Positions 24,831-34,326 of a stretch of 64,000 nt of DNA are shown piece by piece (position 1 is the first letter of the stretch; the number at the start of each line of letters is the position of its first letter). The position numbers were made by a program, and so were the translations under genes. Location of the stretch: the IMG/VR virus record IMGVR_UViG_3300021376_000028, positions 21,678-85,677 of that record; one strand, written 5' to 3'. The notes under the pieces were generated by a model that made no database searches, was not told where the DNA came from, and saw only the letters and a list, made by a program, of their open reading frames with translations. The DNA comes from a virus.

Positions 24831-26582
24831 TTAGATAATCTCTAACCATTTTTTATTTTCTTCACTATTTAATTCATGCTTGCTATACCCATCAACAAAG
24901 GTTTTAATATCAGAGTTATAAACTGTCACAGTTCCATAATCTTCCATGTCTTCTAAATCCTCAACCGCTCTTGGATCTTCAACACCATATATTTCAACTT
25001 CAAGTTCTAACTCTACGGCCATGTTGTCAATAGAATTAAAAACAGAACCGGCCAAAGCATCAGCCAAATCCTTACTTCCAGAATTGGGATGGTCAATTTT
25101 ATTATTGGAAAAAAGTCTTAATTTCAACAATTCTTCCTCAACAAGAAGTTCATTCCAATACCCCCTCAGTCTTGTGTCATAAATTGAAGTCATCAAGGTG
25201 TCATAGTCTGTCTTCTTAACGCTATGGAAATCTGCATTAATGCCTTGAGCCCTTAAGCTTTGGATCATTTCAATTGATTGCCAACGGTCAAAAGTCACCT
25301 TAGCAACATCAAATTTTCTACACAAATCTATAATCATTTGTCGCACAGAAGCAAAGTTAATTTCGGCACCGGGGCTTGCTTCCCAAGCATGAACAAAATC
25401 AACATTAATGATCGGCAACTTTTCAATCCCCATTGAAGTTTTGACTTCTTTAAAGCCAGAACAGTGAGTCATACATAAAGCCGATCTGTCTCGTTTTAAT
25501 CCAAGGTCAACATGGATAAATCTCCTGTGTCCATCTTTATTGTTGAACCAGGGCTTATAAACTCCGTCTTCATCAACAGGGTTATCGCTGTGCATAAAAG
25601 CTTTTCTTACAAGATCTGCATCTCTAAAGTAAGCATCTTCCATGTTAGGTGGCTCACACTCAAAGCGAGCCTTTGCCTCAATTGGATTTCTGATGTATTC
25701 GGACTCAAGTTGCTCTCTTTGGATAGTAGGGTTAACTTCCCAAGTTGCAGCTTTAATTGACCAAGTTTTAGGTTCTCCTTTCTCAATTGAGCCGAAGTAC
25801 CTTTGCTGAATAAAGTCTCCTTTATATCTTGGGAACGAAAGTAGAATAACTTTGCCGACTTCGGGGAAACGAGACATAACGGATAACTTACTCATGTTAT
25901 AAATCGCTGAGGCTGAGCCTTTTGCTCGGATTTCACCTTTAACTTCTGCGTCCGTCTTAAAAGCTGATATTTCATCCAACACAACGGTTAAAACTTCATA
26001 ACCTTCCCAACCTTCACTTTCAGAGTGACCAGAGAAACATCTTACAGGTCTGCTAAAGAAAAAAATCTCAGAGACTCTGGGTTCAAAACCAACTTGATTA
26101 AAAAACGGAGAACTCAACAAAAGGTTTTTGAGAGGTTCAAAGAAAACACGCTGAGCTTGTTGCGCATTAACGGCCAGGTTGAGCAAATCTATATACACAC
26201 CGTTGGCTTTACCGTAATAACCAAGCGGGTCCTTTAAGCAATGTAATAAATAAGAAGTATATGCAATTGAGATCCTTGAGCAGTGGTCTTTTCCGCTACC
26301 CTTACCCAACATGCAAATCACTTCATTATCTGTATATTTCTTATAATAATCACTACCAGCTTTTGTACCCATTATCTTTTGTAATGTTTTTTCTTTAAAA
26401 ATTTGCGTACTATGACGGACAATTTCTGATTGAATTGGCGACAAATTAGGGAGACCAAGATATTTTTTATCAGTAACAAAAACGTCAATAGAAACTGGTT
26501 CTTCAACCAGTTCATCTTGATTCAACAATTTATCAAAATCTTCATAATTAAGATTGACACCAATAAAGTCAGACATAAACAC
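24831..26582 (-). CDS. terL: Terminase large subunit
   Basis: Walker A GKGSGKD, Walker B VVLDE, nuclease HVDLG, TFDRWQS, KDLADA. Confidence 0.93.
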   Translation of the reverse strand: MFMSDFIGVNLNYEDFDKLLNQDELVEEPVSIDVFVTDKKYLGLPNLSPIQSEIVRHSTQIFKEKTLQKIMGTKAGSDYYKKYTDNEVICMLGKGSGKDHCSRISIAYTSYLLHCLKDPLGYYGKANGVYIDLLNLAVNAQQAQRVFFEPLKNLLLSSPFFNQVGFEPRVSEIFFFSRPVRCFSGHSESEGWEGYEVLTVVLDEISAFKTDAEVKGEIRAKGSASAIYNMSKLSVMSRFPEVGKVILLSFPRYKGDFIQQRYFGSIEKGEPKTWSIKAATWEVNPTIQREQLESEYIRNPIEAKARFECEPPNMEDAYFRDADLVRKAFMHSDNPVDEDGVYKPWFNNKDGHRRFIHVDLGLKRDRSALCMTHCSGFKEVKTSMGIEKLPIINVDFVHAWEASPGAEINFASVRQMIIDLCRKFDVAKVTFDRWQSIEMIQSLRAQGINADFHSVKKTDYDTLMTSIYDTRLRGYWNELLVEEELLKLRLFSNNKIDHPNSGSKDLADALAGSVFNSIDNMAVELELEVEIYGVEDPRAVEDLEDMEDYGTVTVYNSDIKTFVDGYSKHELNSEENKKWLEII

Positions 26583-26653
26583 CTGGGTTGGGGCAGTTTG
26601 AAGGGTCTCTTTGTATAAGCGTAATGTCTAAAATTACAGTCTCTTGGTATAAA

Positions 26654-27244
26654 TTATTTTTCAATTTCAGCCTCTTCAATTTCTTCTGTATCAATAACAT
26701 CTTCTTTGTCCATAATCTCAAATGCTATTGCAAGTTCCTTCCTAACAGCGTCTGCAATCTCTGGATATTTTGAAATAACATCTCTGAGAACTCTTGATAA
26801 GATTTGGTTCACACTTTCTGCCTTCTGCATTCTTGAAATATAATCACTATCAGAAGTGTTCATGCCCAATAGTTTATGCAACTGTGCTTTTTTGGTAGCT
26901 AACTCACCCGCTAATTTGATTGCCTGAATTCTCGCTGGCACCATGCCATGATCTGTAGCAATATTGATTGTTTCCCATGCTTCTTTGCTTAACTGGTCAA
27001 ACTCTTGTAAAGCTTTGATTGTATTAAACTGAACTCTTTCAAGAAAGTAAGGGTCTTCGTCCACCTGTTTAGAAAGTATTTTTTTATACTCTTCTATGTA
27101 GTCTTTGACTTCGCCGGGTTTTAATGACATTAAAGATGATATTTCATGTATAGAATAACCTTTTACATGAAGTTGGCCTACATCTTCAACATCTTTTAAT
27201 TTTTCAATTAAAGTTTGACTTTTTGCTCTTTCAATATCTGGCAT
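26654..27244 (-). CDS. Probable terminase small subunit (HTH plus helical region)
   Basis: N-terminal HTH (GYSIHEISSLMSL); directly upstream of terL. Confidence 0.6.
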   Translation of the reverse strand: MPDIERAKSQTLIEKLKDVEDVGQLHVKGYSIHEISSLMSLKPGEVKDYIEEYKKILSKQVDEDPYFLERVQFNTIKALQEFDQLSKEAWETINIATDHGMVPARIQAIKLAGELATKKAQLHKLLGMNTSDSDYISRMQKAESVNQILSRVLRDVISKYPEIADAVRKELAIAFEIMDKEDVIDTEEIEEAEIEK

Positions 27245-28287
27245 ATTCTATTACCGTAATCTTTCACTGCAGACTCCCAAATCATTTCATCATATACTTT
27301 TACAACATTTTGGTATGTCTTGGCAGAAACTTCTTCATAAGAAGAAATTACATATAACATTTTATCACATAAATCTTGGAAATTTGGCTCTGCCCATTGC
27401 CCATGCCCTTCATATATACCATTCATGTTGGCTGTTCCCATTTTATAATCCAAAGCAACTGACAGCTCTGCATACTCCGTACATGCCGTAGCGTTAGTGC
27501 ATATTGTTGGAATTGCTTTTGCCAAAGATTGATAAGGCAATAAACCCCAACCCTCCCCGCTTGTTGGATATATTAAGCAGTCAACTTGATCGTAAATTAA
27601 ACTTAATTCGTTTGCTGGCAAATCTACATCAACAACTGTTATGTTAGGCTGATTGTATACACTCTTCATTTCTCCATTTTTAAAAATTCTTGCATCTGGA
27701 GAATCAACGCTTTTATAAAGAAGATGAACATCGTCTCTCTCGCCAAACAATTTTAAAAAAGCATTGACAGCAATCTGACTGTTTTTTCTTATTGAAGGAG
27801 AACCTATGCTTAAAAATGTAAAAGGTCGGTGTGGATACTTTTTCAAACTTGGGCTGTACAGGTTTTTATCTACCCCCAGTTTAAAATTGAATACAGGCAC
27901 TTCTACGCCCGAATCAATAAACACATTCTTTGCCCACCGCGAAGTCGTCCAAATCTCATCCATTTTGTTCATGTGCTCAACCCATTCTTTAGGCAAAGCA
28001 TTTGTTTCCCAATACGAAAATCCGATATTGTACCCATTGCAATAAGAATAATCATTTGGAAGACGATTATTAATTAAAATATCACAATCAACATTTATAC
28101 CTTGTGATTGATATTGAATACCAATACCAGATGTAGTTAAAATTTGGACATCACTTGGTATTAAACATGTTTTTTCTATTTCAAACTCAAAAGAAGCAAG
28201 ATGGTTGAAAATATTATCTTCGGCGTTCTTATATCCTTCATTTCTTTCTTGAGCTAAACTTGTTCCATTCCAAACAATTTTTGTCAT
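27208..28287 (-). CDS. GT-B (GT4-like) glycosyltransferase
   Basis: WETN.LP, RKN, YPTSGEGWGLLPYQSLA. Confidence 0.9.
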   Translation of the reverse strand: MTKIVWNGTSLAQERNEGYKNAEDNIFNHLASFEFEIEKTCLIPSDVQILTTSGIGIQYQSQGINVDCDILINNRLPNDYSYCNGYNIGFSYWETNALPKEWVEHMNKMDEIWTTSRWAKNVFIDSGVEVPVFNFKLGVDKNLYSPSLKKYPHRPFTFLSIGSPSIRKNSQIAVNAFLKLFGERDDVHLLYKSVDSPDARIFKNGEMKSVYNQPNITVVDVDLPANELSLIYDQVDCLIYPTSGEGWGLLPYQSLAKAIPTICTNATACTEYAELSVALDYKMGTANMNGIYEGHGQWAEPNFQDLCDKMLYVISSYEEVSAKTYQNVVKVYDEMIWESAVKDYGNRICQILKEQKVKL

Positions 28288-28288
28288 A

Positions 28289-29044
28289 TTATTCTTCTGG
28301 GTCAAATGCAAGTTCTCTACCAGAATTGTTAGCGGCTTTCTTTAATTCTACAAGCGAATAACCGTGTAGTTTTGTATATTGCACCCTGTAGTTGTACCAG
28401 CCAGATGTTCCTACCCAAAACTTTGGGTCTGTATCTTTTGCTAATTTTTCTAGTTCCTCTGCTTCAAGTAAGAAACTTAAAACACCCAAAGGCATATACA
28501 CTGTCATGTCGTAATTTTCATGTTTTTCTTTTGCATATTCAGCCAAAAGGTCTTGGTACATTTTAATAATTCGCTTTACCGGCTCACCAGTAAAATGATC
28601 AATCTCTCCATTGGCATTTCTAATTCTGGGGCAGTAACTGTCTACAGTTGTAATGGTTCCAAAAGTTCTACACACCATCGGGCGGTATTTATAAATAGTG
28701 CATCCGTTTTTGTAGAAAGCACAAAGCCTTTTGGATTCACCACCTGGTTGCCAACTTTCATCATACATGGCATCAATCAGGGCATTTTTAATACCATCAA
28801 ACCATTCATCAGCAGCTTCTTGTCCCTTATCCTCTAATACCAAATAATAATTTTGATTTAAATTATAAGCTATATTGGCACACTCAGTCATTGGAATAAC
28901 AAGACCAATGTGACAGCACTTACCAGAGCCTAAGCACTTGTATTCGGTTGTGTTCTGCTTTGCCTCAATTACTCTAATTTGGTTATACACCATATCTAAT
29001 TTTGCAAAAGTTGTAATATCTCTTGCTGTTACACTTCTTTTCAT
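28289..29044 (-). CDS. YkgJ-type Cys-cluster (Zn/Fe-S) protein
   Basis: CLGSGKCC...CAFYKNGCTIYKYRPMVCRTFG. Confidence 0.85.
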   Translation of the reverse strand: MKRSVTARDITTFAKLDMVYNQIRVIEAKQNTTEYKCLGSGKCCHIGLVIPMTECANIAYNLNQNYYLVLEDKGQEAADEWFDGIKNALIDAMYDESWQPGGESKRLCAFYKNGCTIYKYRPMVCRTFGTITTVDSYCPRIRNANGEIDHFTGEPVKRIIKMYQDLLAEYAKEKHENYDMTVYMPLGVLSFLLEAEELEKLAKDTDPKFWVGTSGWYNYRVQYTKLHGYSLVELKKAANNSGRELAFDPEE

Positions 29045-29337
29045 TTTCCTAATCCCTTTCTTCTTTTTCTATTCTCTTTTGCTCTTTGTCTTCTTCTTCT
29101 TTCAACCTCTAACTGCATTGCTGATTTTGGTTTTCTTAAAGAAGTGGCGGCCAGGTTTCTTCCTTTGCCTCTAAATTTAAGCAAATCATATTTTTTTACC
29201 CAGTTATATAAGGCCTGGGGAGTTATAGTTATACCATAACTTTGCTTTAAAATTTTGCAAATATCCGTCAAGTTCATTCTTTTTTTGACATAATGTTCGT
29301 AAAGCCAAGTTTGATCTTTGTAGGGTTCGTTTGCCAT
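29041..29337 (-). CDS. HTH DNA-binding protein
   Basis: YKDQTWLYEHYV..LTDIC..QALYNWVKKY. Confidence 0.75.
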   Translation of the reverse strand: MANEPYKDQTWLYEHYVKKRMNLTDICKILKQSYGITITPQALYNWVKKYDLLKFRGKGRNLAATSLRKPKSAMQLEVERRRRQRAKENRKRRKGLGK

Positions 29338-29957
29338 TATTTGACTTTCCAATACCAAAGGGAAATTCCCATTGCATCAACAATGTCATCGTCTTCTAAA
29401 TTTGGAGTTTGTAAACCAAAACTTACACCGACAATTTCACGAACTCTTTGCTTTCTTTCATTTTTCATTTTAACCTGCAGAGATCCTTTTTGACCATTCT
29501 TTGCTAAATTTGCAGAGTCTTGCTTTGACAAATTTTTATAGCCGATGGCTGGCTTCCAAACAAGAGGGCTTACATCCTCTATCGTGGAACATTTGTCTGA
29601 CAGCACCCCCCAAACAAACCCAATGATATACGAAAGAATCCTGCTGGTCTGAAAATTTTGAATATAGACAGACTGTTCTATAACAGCACAATCTGGCTTG
29701 TATTCTTCAACAACCAACAGGAGTTCTTTTTTAATTTTTCTGAATTTATCTGACTGATCTTTATCTTTTACTAGATCAATTTTTCCATTTGCGATAAAGT
29801 TTTTTTCTCTGTCAACTATAGCCCAAGCAAGAGAATGAGAAGCTGGGTCAAGGGCAATAACCCTTGACCACTCATGTTTGCCAACTATATTTTTTAAACT
29901 CACACAAATATTATAACTCTTTTCTGAGCTTTTCTTCGTCCCAACCCCAAGAAACAA
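29337..29957 (-). CDS. RuvC-like Holliday junction resolvase
   Basis: IALDPAS, AVIEQ, DDIVDAMGI; true start probably near 29900. Confidence 0.85.
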   Translation of the reverse strand: MFLGVGTKKSSEKSYNICVSLKNIVGKHEWSRVIALDPASHSLAWAIVDREKNFIANGKIDLVKDKDQSDKFRKIKKELLLVVEEYKPDCAVIEQSVYIQNFQTSRILSYIIGFVWGVLSDKCSTIEDVSPLVWKPAIGYKNLSKQDSANLAKNGQKGSLQVKMKNERKQRVREIVGVSFGLQTPNLEDDDIVDAMGISLWYWKVK

Positions 29958-30258
29958 GTCGTTGTATAAATCTTTCTATTTTGCATTGTTCACAAAGATT
30001 TTCTTTATTATATTTTGACAATACAGTTGTACAAGTTTTTGTTTTACAAATTCTTTTGTTGTTTTTATTTTTTTTATTTTCGTGATATTTTGCTAAAGTT
30101 TTTTGATTAGTTACAATTTTTCTACACTCACTGGAACAATAAGTTGCATTGTATACTTTAGCAATAAAAATTTTTAAACAATCTTGGTTTGTGCATACCC
30201 GCTCTTCTTCTCCGAACATCGTCCTCCGGTTAAAAGGGGTCTTCAACCCCCGGCGCAT
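29911..30258 (-). CDS. Zinc-finger protein
   Basis: Eight Cys in pairs. Confidence 0.75.
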   Translation of the reverse strand: MRRGLKTPFNRRTMFGEEERVCTNQDCLKIFIAKVYNATYCSSECRKIVTNQKTLAKYHENKKNKNNKRICKTKTCTTVLSKYNKENLCEQCKIERFIQRLVSWGWDEEKLRKEL

Positions 30259-30970
30259 CCTCTGACCAGCACATCTTGGCTAAATCGCAGTTTTGACAAT
30301 TTGCCGAGGTTCTCTTGTAAGGGTGCTTTGGCTTATTACCATCAACAAAATCTTGGTAGATCTTGTTGTATTTTTTAAATAACTTGTCAATAAAATCATC
30401 ATCTTTTTCTATAAATATTGGCAAGATCTCTTGGTTATTTTTATTTTCGTAAATTACATATCCACTATTTAAATTCAAACATTTCATATATATTTGAGCT
30501 TGCCTGTAGTGTTCATCTTTTGGCTTGTTGTAGAGTTGTCTGTAGTGGAAGCCTTCTGAACTTATTGACTTTAGCTCAATTAATTTATGACCGTACCAGT
30601 CAATTATACCATCGGCAGTGCCTTCAATCGAAGGATTAGAATAACTTACAGGAATCTCCTCTGCAACTAAGATCCCAATATTATTAAAATATTTATAAAG
30701 ACGATCATGCACAGCATGCCCATTGTCAAATATCCTATGCGTTTGTGCGCTGAAGGATGTCTCCAAAACAACGCCCTCAAATAAATAATACCAATATCTA
30801 GCGCACTGGTTGGTATAACTGGGGTGGAAGCCACCTACTTTTTTAAATTCAGGTTTGTTCCTCTCATTTAAACTGCTGTCTATCTTTAATAACAACTCTT
30901 CGGTTATTTCAGCATCAGTCCTTGGAGCCTTTACCTCTTTGGGTGCCTTTAATACTTTTAAAGATTTCAA
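30230..30970 (-). CDS. Cas4-like PD-(D/E)XK exonuclease
   Basis: C..GHAVH..GTADG..ELKS..QAQIYM..CQNC..C. Confidence 0.9.
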   Translation of the reverse strand: MKSLKVLKAPKEVKAPRTDAEITEELLLKIDSSLNERNKPEFKKVGGFHPSYTNQCARYWYYLFEGVVLETSFSAQTHRIFDNGHAVHDRLYKYFNNIGILVAEEIPVSYSNPSIEGTADGIIDWYGHKLIELKSISSEGFHYRQLYNKPKDEHYRQAQIYMKCLNLNSGYVIYENKNNQEILPIFIEKDDDFIDKLFKKYNKIYQDFVDGNKPKHPYKRTSANCQNCDLAKMCWSEDAPGVEDPF

Positions 30971-31287
30971 TTATTCGCTCCTTTTGCAGCAATTTTTAGT
31001 ACATTTATATTTTCAGATAAAGCTTCATACATTGTTTTCCAAATGTCATTTACAAGTTTGTCTTGTTCACTCATCATAGTAGACTTTCTTTTAAAAGCCT
31101 GCGACTTAATAATCATTTGAGTTCTATAGGCAGCCAAAACATTGGCATATTTAATTGCTTGGACACCATGATAATCACTAGGATTATCAACAATATCTTG
31201 CACTACCCTCATACACTCTAAAAACTCACGAGCTCTATCTCCCATAAGTTTTCCAATTAATTCTACATCGACAACAATGTCCGTCAC
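30967..31287 (-). CDS. Hypothetical helical protein
   Basis: Coupled ORF. Confidence 0.7.
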   Translation of the reverse strand: MTDIVVDVELIGKLMGDRAREFLECMRVVQDIVDNPSDYHGVQAIKYANVLAAYRTQMIIKSQAFKRKSTMMSEQDKLVNDIWKTMYEALSENINVLKIAAKGANN

Positions 31288-31817
31288 AGCAATTTGTCTC
31301 TTTCAGTTTTGTCAGCCCAGCCAGACGCTCGGGAGATTGCACCCAGTATATCGGGTAAAATTTCTGTGCAACTGTTTATTATCATGAGATTATCCATTAT
31401 GTTGAAATCTTCAATTTTGGGATACAGTTCAGATCTAAGCCATTCTGGTCTATCATGGTAAACCTTCTGTAGATACTCGTTCACTCGGTCAATATATTCA
31501 CCTGGTAAATAACCGTTGTAATGCCCGTACACTTTTTTATTTAAGGCTCTAGCGTACCCAACCTCAACACAAACACCAGGGTCGGCAGAAGGTCCACGGA
31601 AAGGTTGTAAGTTTGCCACAATGCAATCTGCCATATTAATTTTTGCAAGATTGATTTCATATATCTCTTCGTGTTTTACAACTTTTTCGCCCTGGTATCC
31701 GTTGTCTATGGGTAAAATTGGTTCAACATTATAGTTTTCACAAATAGATGCTATGAAATCAAACCAGCCCTGATCGTATTTTCTTAACACATCAGGTCCA
31801 GCAAAATAAATTTTCAT
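31284..31817 (-). CDS. Nucleoside 2-deoxyribosyltransferase family protein
   Basis: IYFAGPDV, PFRGPSADPGVCVEVGYARAL, DNLMI. Confidence 0.9.
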   Translation of the reverse strand: MKIYFAGPDVLRKYDQGWFDFIASICENYNVEPILPIDNGYQGEKVVKHEEIYEINLAKINMADCIVANLQPFRGPSADPGVCVEVGYARALNKKVYGHYNGYLPGEYIDRVNEYLQKVYHDRPEWLRSELYPKIEDFNIMDNLMIINSCTEILPDILGAISRASGWADKTERDKLL

Positions 31818-31818
31818 T

Positions 31819-33141
31819 TTAACTCCTAATTAATTTATGAAGTTCGTTGCCAATCCATTCGGCAACTGGTGAGGCTATTGCATTGCCACACATTTTATAC
31901 CGATTGGTATCGGCAATTTTTTTACCATTAGAATCAAGTTGAGTGTGGTTATCAGGAAAGCCCATTAATCTTTCACATTCTAAAGGTGTTAATCTTCTTA
32001 AGACAAGCTCTGGTGTGCATACAGCATGTTGAGATGTTGTATCAATAGTATAACTAGGATCACCAACATCACCAAATCCTTTTCCAGCTGGCCCTGCCGT
32101 GTCTGAGCGACCAATCAACGTGCCCTGTATTGGAATAGCAATTTGTTCACCAACCAAGGGTACTTGCCCTCCGCCTGTGCCCATCCTATGTTTCAAGGTT
32201 GGGAAGATTTCATCTTCATATATGCGCACATCGTTGACTCTAGTACCGTCAACAATTAAAACAGTAGCCCTGCTCTCACCACTATTATCAAAAGAATTTA
32301 AAGTAGGACTGGTTTCCTCGCTACGCCACACTTCGGCTGGCAGGTTACCTTCATCATCTCTAGCGCCCGACCTAACCACCTTGACATACGGTTCAGGAAC
32401 GGAATTCATATCAGGTCGTTCATGATTGTAGAAAGATGTGCTCACCCCTCCTTGACCGTATTTACTATATCCTGTTTTTCTACACCAGATAGGTTCACTA
32501 ATGCCTGCCTCAAGGGCTCGGGCAGCCTGTTTCCTTTTCTTTCTGCCCTTTTTAATATCCCCATCGCTGTCTTTGGGGACAGATAATATTTGACCTCCAC
32601 TTCGCTCAATGGCTGTAGGATCCCAACAAGCGACGAGAAAAACCCTTCTTCTTCTCTGGGCGACTCCGAACCACTGTGCATCCAACACATGCCATTCAAT
32701 TGCCAATGCCCCGATGTTTGCCATTTGGTTGATGACTTCACCGAAATCTTCTCCTTTATTGCTTGTGAGGGCACCAGCGACATTTTCCCAGATTGCCCAT
32801 TTTGGATATTCTCCGTTTGTTGCATCTCGCATCTCCTTTATTATTCTTACACCTTCAAAAAATAAACCAGATCTTTCTCCTCCTAGACCTGATCTTTTAC
32901 CAGCAACCGATAAATCCTGGCATGGCGACCCAAAAGAAATTAGATCAACAGCAGGAAGCATCTTTGCGCTTACAGTTCTCACATCTTCGTATTTGATTAC
33001 ACCAGGCCAATGTCTTTTTAAAATTTCTTGACAATTTTTATCCCATTCAACTTGGAATTTACAATCCCAACCTGCTGCATCAAAACCTAAGTCAAATCCA
33101 CCGACACCGGCAAATAAACTTCCATAAGTTAATTGTTTCAT
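31819..33141 (-). CDS. DNA (cytosine-5) methyltransferase
   Basis: LFAGVGG, GSPCQD, WENV, QRRRR, RRLTPLECERLMGFP, CGNA. Confidence 0.95.
   Translation of the reverse strand: MKQLTYGSLFAGVGGFDLGFDAAGWDCKFQVEWDKNCQEILKRHWPGVIKYEDVRTVSAKMLPAVDLISFGSPCQDLSVAGKRSGLGGERSGLFFEGVRIIKEMRDATNGEYPKWAIWENVAGALTSNKGEDFGEVINQMANIGALAIEWHVLDAQWFGVAQRRRRVFLVACWDPTAIERSGGQILSVPKDSDGDIKKGRKKRKQAARALEAGISEPIWCRKTGYSKYGQGGVSTSFYNHERPDMNSVPEPYVKVVRSGARDDEGNLPAEVWRSEETSPTLNSFDNSGESRATVLIVDGTRVNDVRIYEDEIFPTLKHRMGTGGGQVPLVGEQIAIPIQGTLIGRSDTAGPAGKGFGDVGDPSYTIDTTSQHAVCTPELVLRRLTPLECERLMGFPDNHTQLDSNGKKIADTNRYKMCGNAIASPVAEWIGNELHKLIRS
32442..32825 (-). CDS. Nested alternate-frame protein resembling the M.EcoHK31I beta-type polypeptide
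   Basis: AAGGAG upstream; SSLVGIL..KYYLSPKTAMGILKRAERKG..LP..L..AL. Confidence 0.65.
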   Translation of the reverse strand: MQQTENIQNGQSGKMSLVPSQAIKEKISVKSSTKWQTSGHWQLNGMCWMHSGSESPREEEGFFSSLVGILQPLSEVEVKYYLSPKTAMGILKRAERKGNRLPEPLRQALVNLSGVEKQDIVNTVKEG

Positions 33142-33142
33142 T

Positions 33143-33538
33143 TTATTTTCCTTTAAATATAATTAGAGCAGAAGGGAATGGTGCGGGGTTCTTCTGGTCG
33201 TCAAACTTTAGTCTACCCTTGATAAAACGAATTTCATCAGAATTCATGACAAAGTTATGCCACCACCGAGTATCGGTACGACTAGGAATAAGAAAAACTG
33301 AAGTCTTCCCTTTTGCCTGTTCCTCAACAGCTTTTTCTAACCACTTGGCAATAACATTGCCATAAGGAGGGTTAACGAAATTACAGTTACCCCATTCAAC
33401 TTCCAAACCATCAAACTGAGGATTAGGAGGACAAGGATCAAAATCAAAATTAAATTCTTCATTAAGTTTCTCATAAAATGCCTTTGGTGTTTTCCAGTTA
33501 TCTCTTGCAGCAGTAAAATGTACTTTACTCTTATTCAT
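33143..33538 (-). CDS. Phage N6-adenine DNA methyltransferase
   Basis: WKTP, FDFDPC, NPPYG, LIPSRTDTRWWH, GRLKF. Confidence 0.9.
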   Translation of the reverse strand: MNKSKVHFTAARDNWKTPKAFYEKLNEEFNFDFDPCPPNPQFDGLEVEWGNCNFVNPPYGNVIAKWLEKAVEEQAKGKTSVFLIPSRTDTRWWHNFVMNSDEIRFIKGRLKFDDQKNPAPFPSALIIFKGK

Positions 33539-33684
33539 CCCATTTTTTCCCTATAATAATTTTTGGTGTTTCATGGCATATTCCACATCTACCCCAACTA
33601 CCATTGCCCCAGTGAGTTTTCCACTCACGACAGCATTTAATTACTATTTCAGGACCGTACCGCTGCACTAATTTTTTTCTACCT

Positions 33685-33984
33685 TCATTCATAATCACTG
33701 TCTCGTATTAATTCTTTAAAGACATGCCATTCAACTATTGCAACTTTTACATCTGAATCTTCTCCAAATACAACCGAGATACAAGGATGTTTATGATTTT
33801 GCTTCCAAGCATCTCGACGCATTTTAATCCAGGCTGTTCTGGATAAAGTGAATGACGCGCCATTATGTTTATAGTCAACGAGGAATTCATGAAATTCAGC
33901 ATCCCCTTTTTTAAAACCCCTGCCAGAGTTTTTAACTGGTTTTGCACCATCTCTTTTCGCTTCTTGTTTTTCATTTCTTTTCAT
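33685..33984 (-). CDS. Small PD-(D/E)XK nuclease/resolvase-like protein
   Basis: NSGRG..KGD..LVDYK. Confidence 0.65.
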   Translation of the reverse strand: MKRNEKQEAKRDGAKPVKNSGRGFKKGDAEFHEFLVDYKHNGASFTLSRTAWIKMRRDAWKQNHKHPCISVVFGEDSDVKVAIVEWHVFKELIRDSDYE

Positions 33985-34326
33985 CTAAAGCCTCCTTACA
34001 TAAACGACATGTAAATTTTTCTTTATTTTTTGTTACATAATACTTTCCACCAGTTAAACCGCAAGGAGTTTCGTAAAAATCCTGACCGTATTTACCGATT
34101 GAGTAATGAATTGTTATGTCGTCTTCAATTTTCATATTACTATTCTACTGGTTTGGAAGGCACAGCATAGTCGTCACCACGGCATGCACACGGGCATTTG
34201 GATTGATTTTAAAATTACTCCCAAGGTCTTGATTTGTCATGTTTGTCTTCCATCCTTTGCACAGCAGCCATAAAGAAAACAATACACAATCCCAAAGCAA
34301 AACCAACAGGATCACAAATAAAAGTT

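Noticed and set aside
30230-30970. Cas4 as evidence of CRISPR-Cas
   Set aside because: Solo Cas4-like nucleases are common in phage recombination modules; no cas1, cas2 or array.
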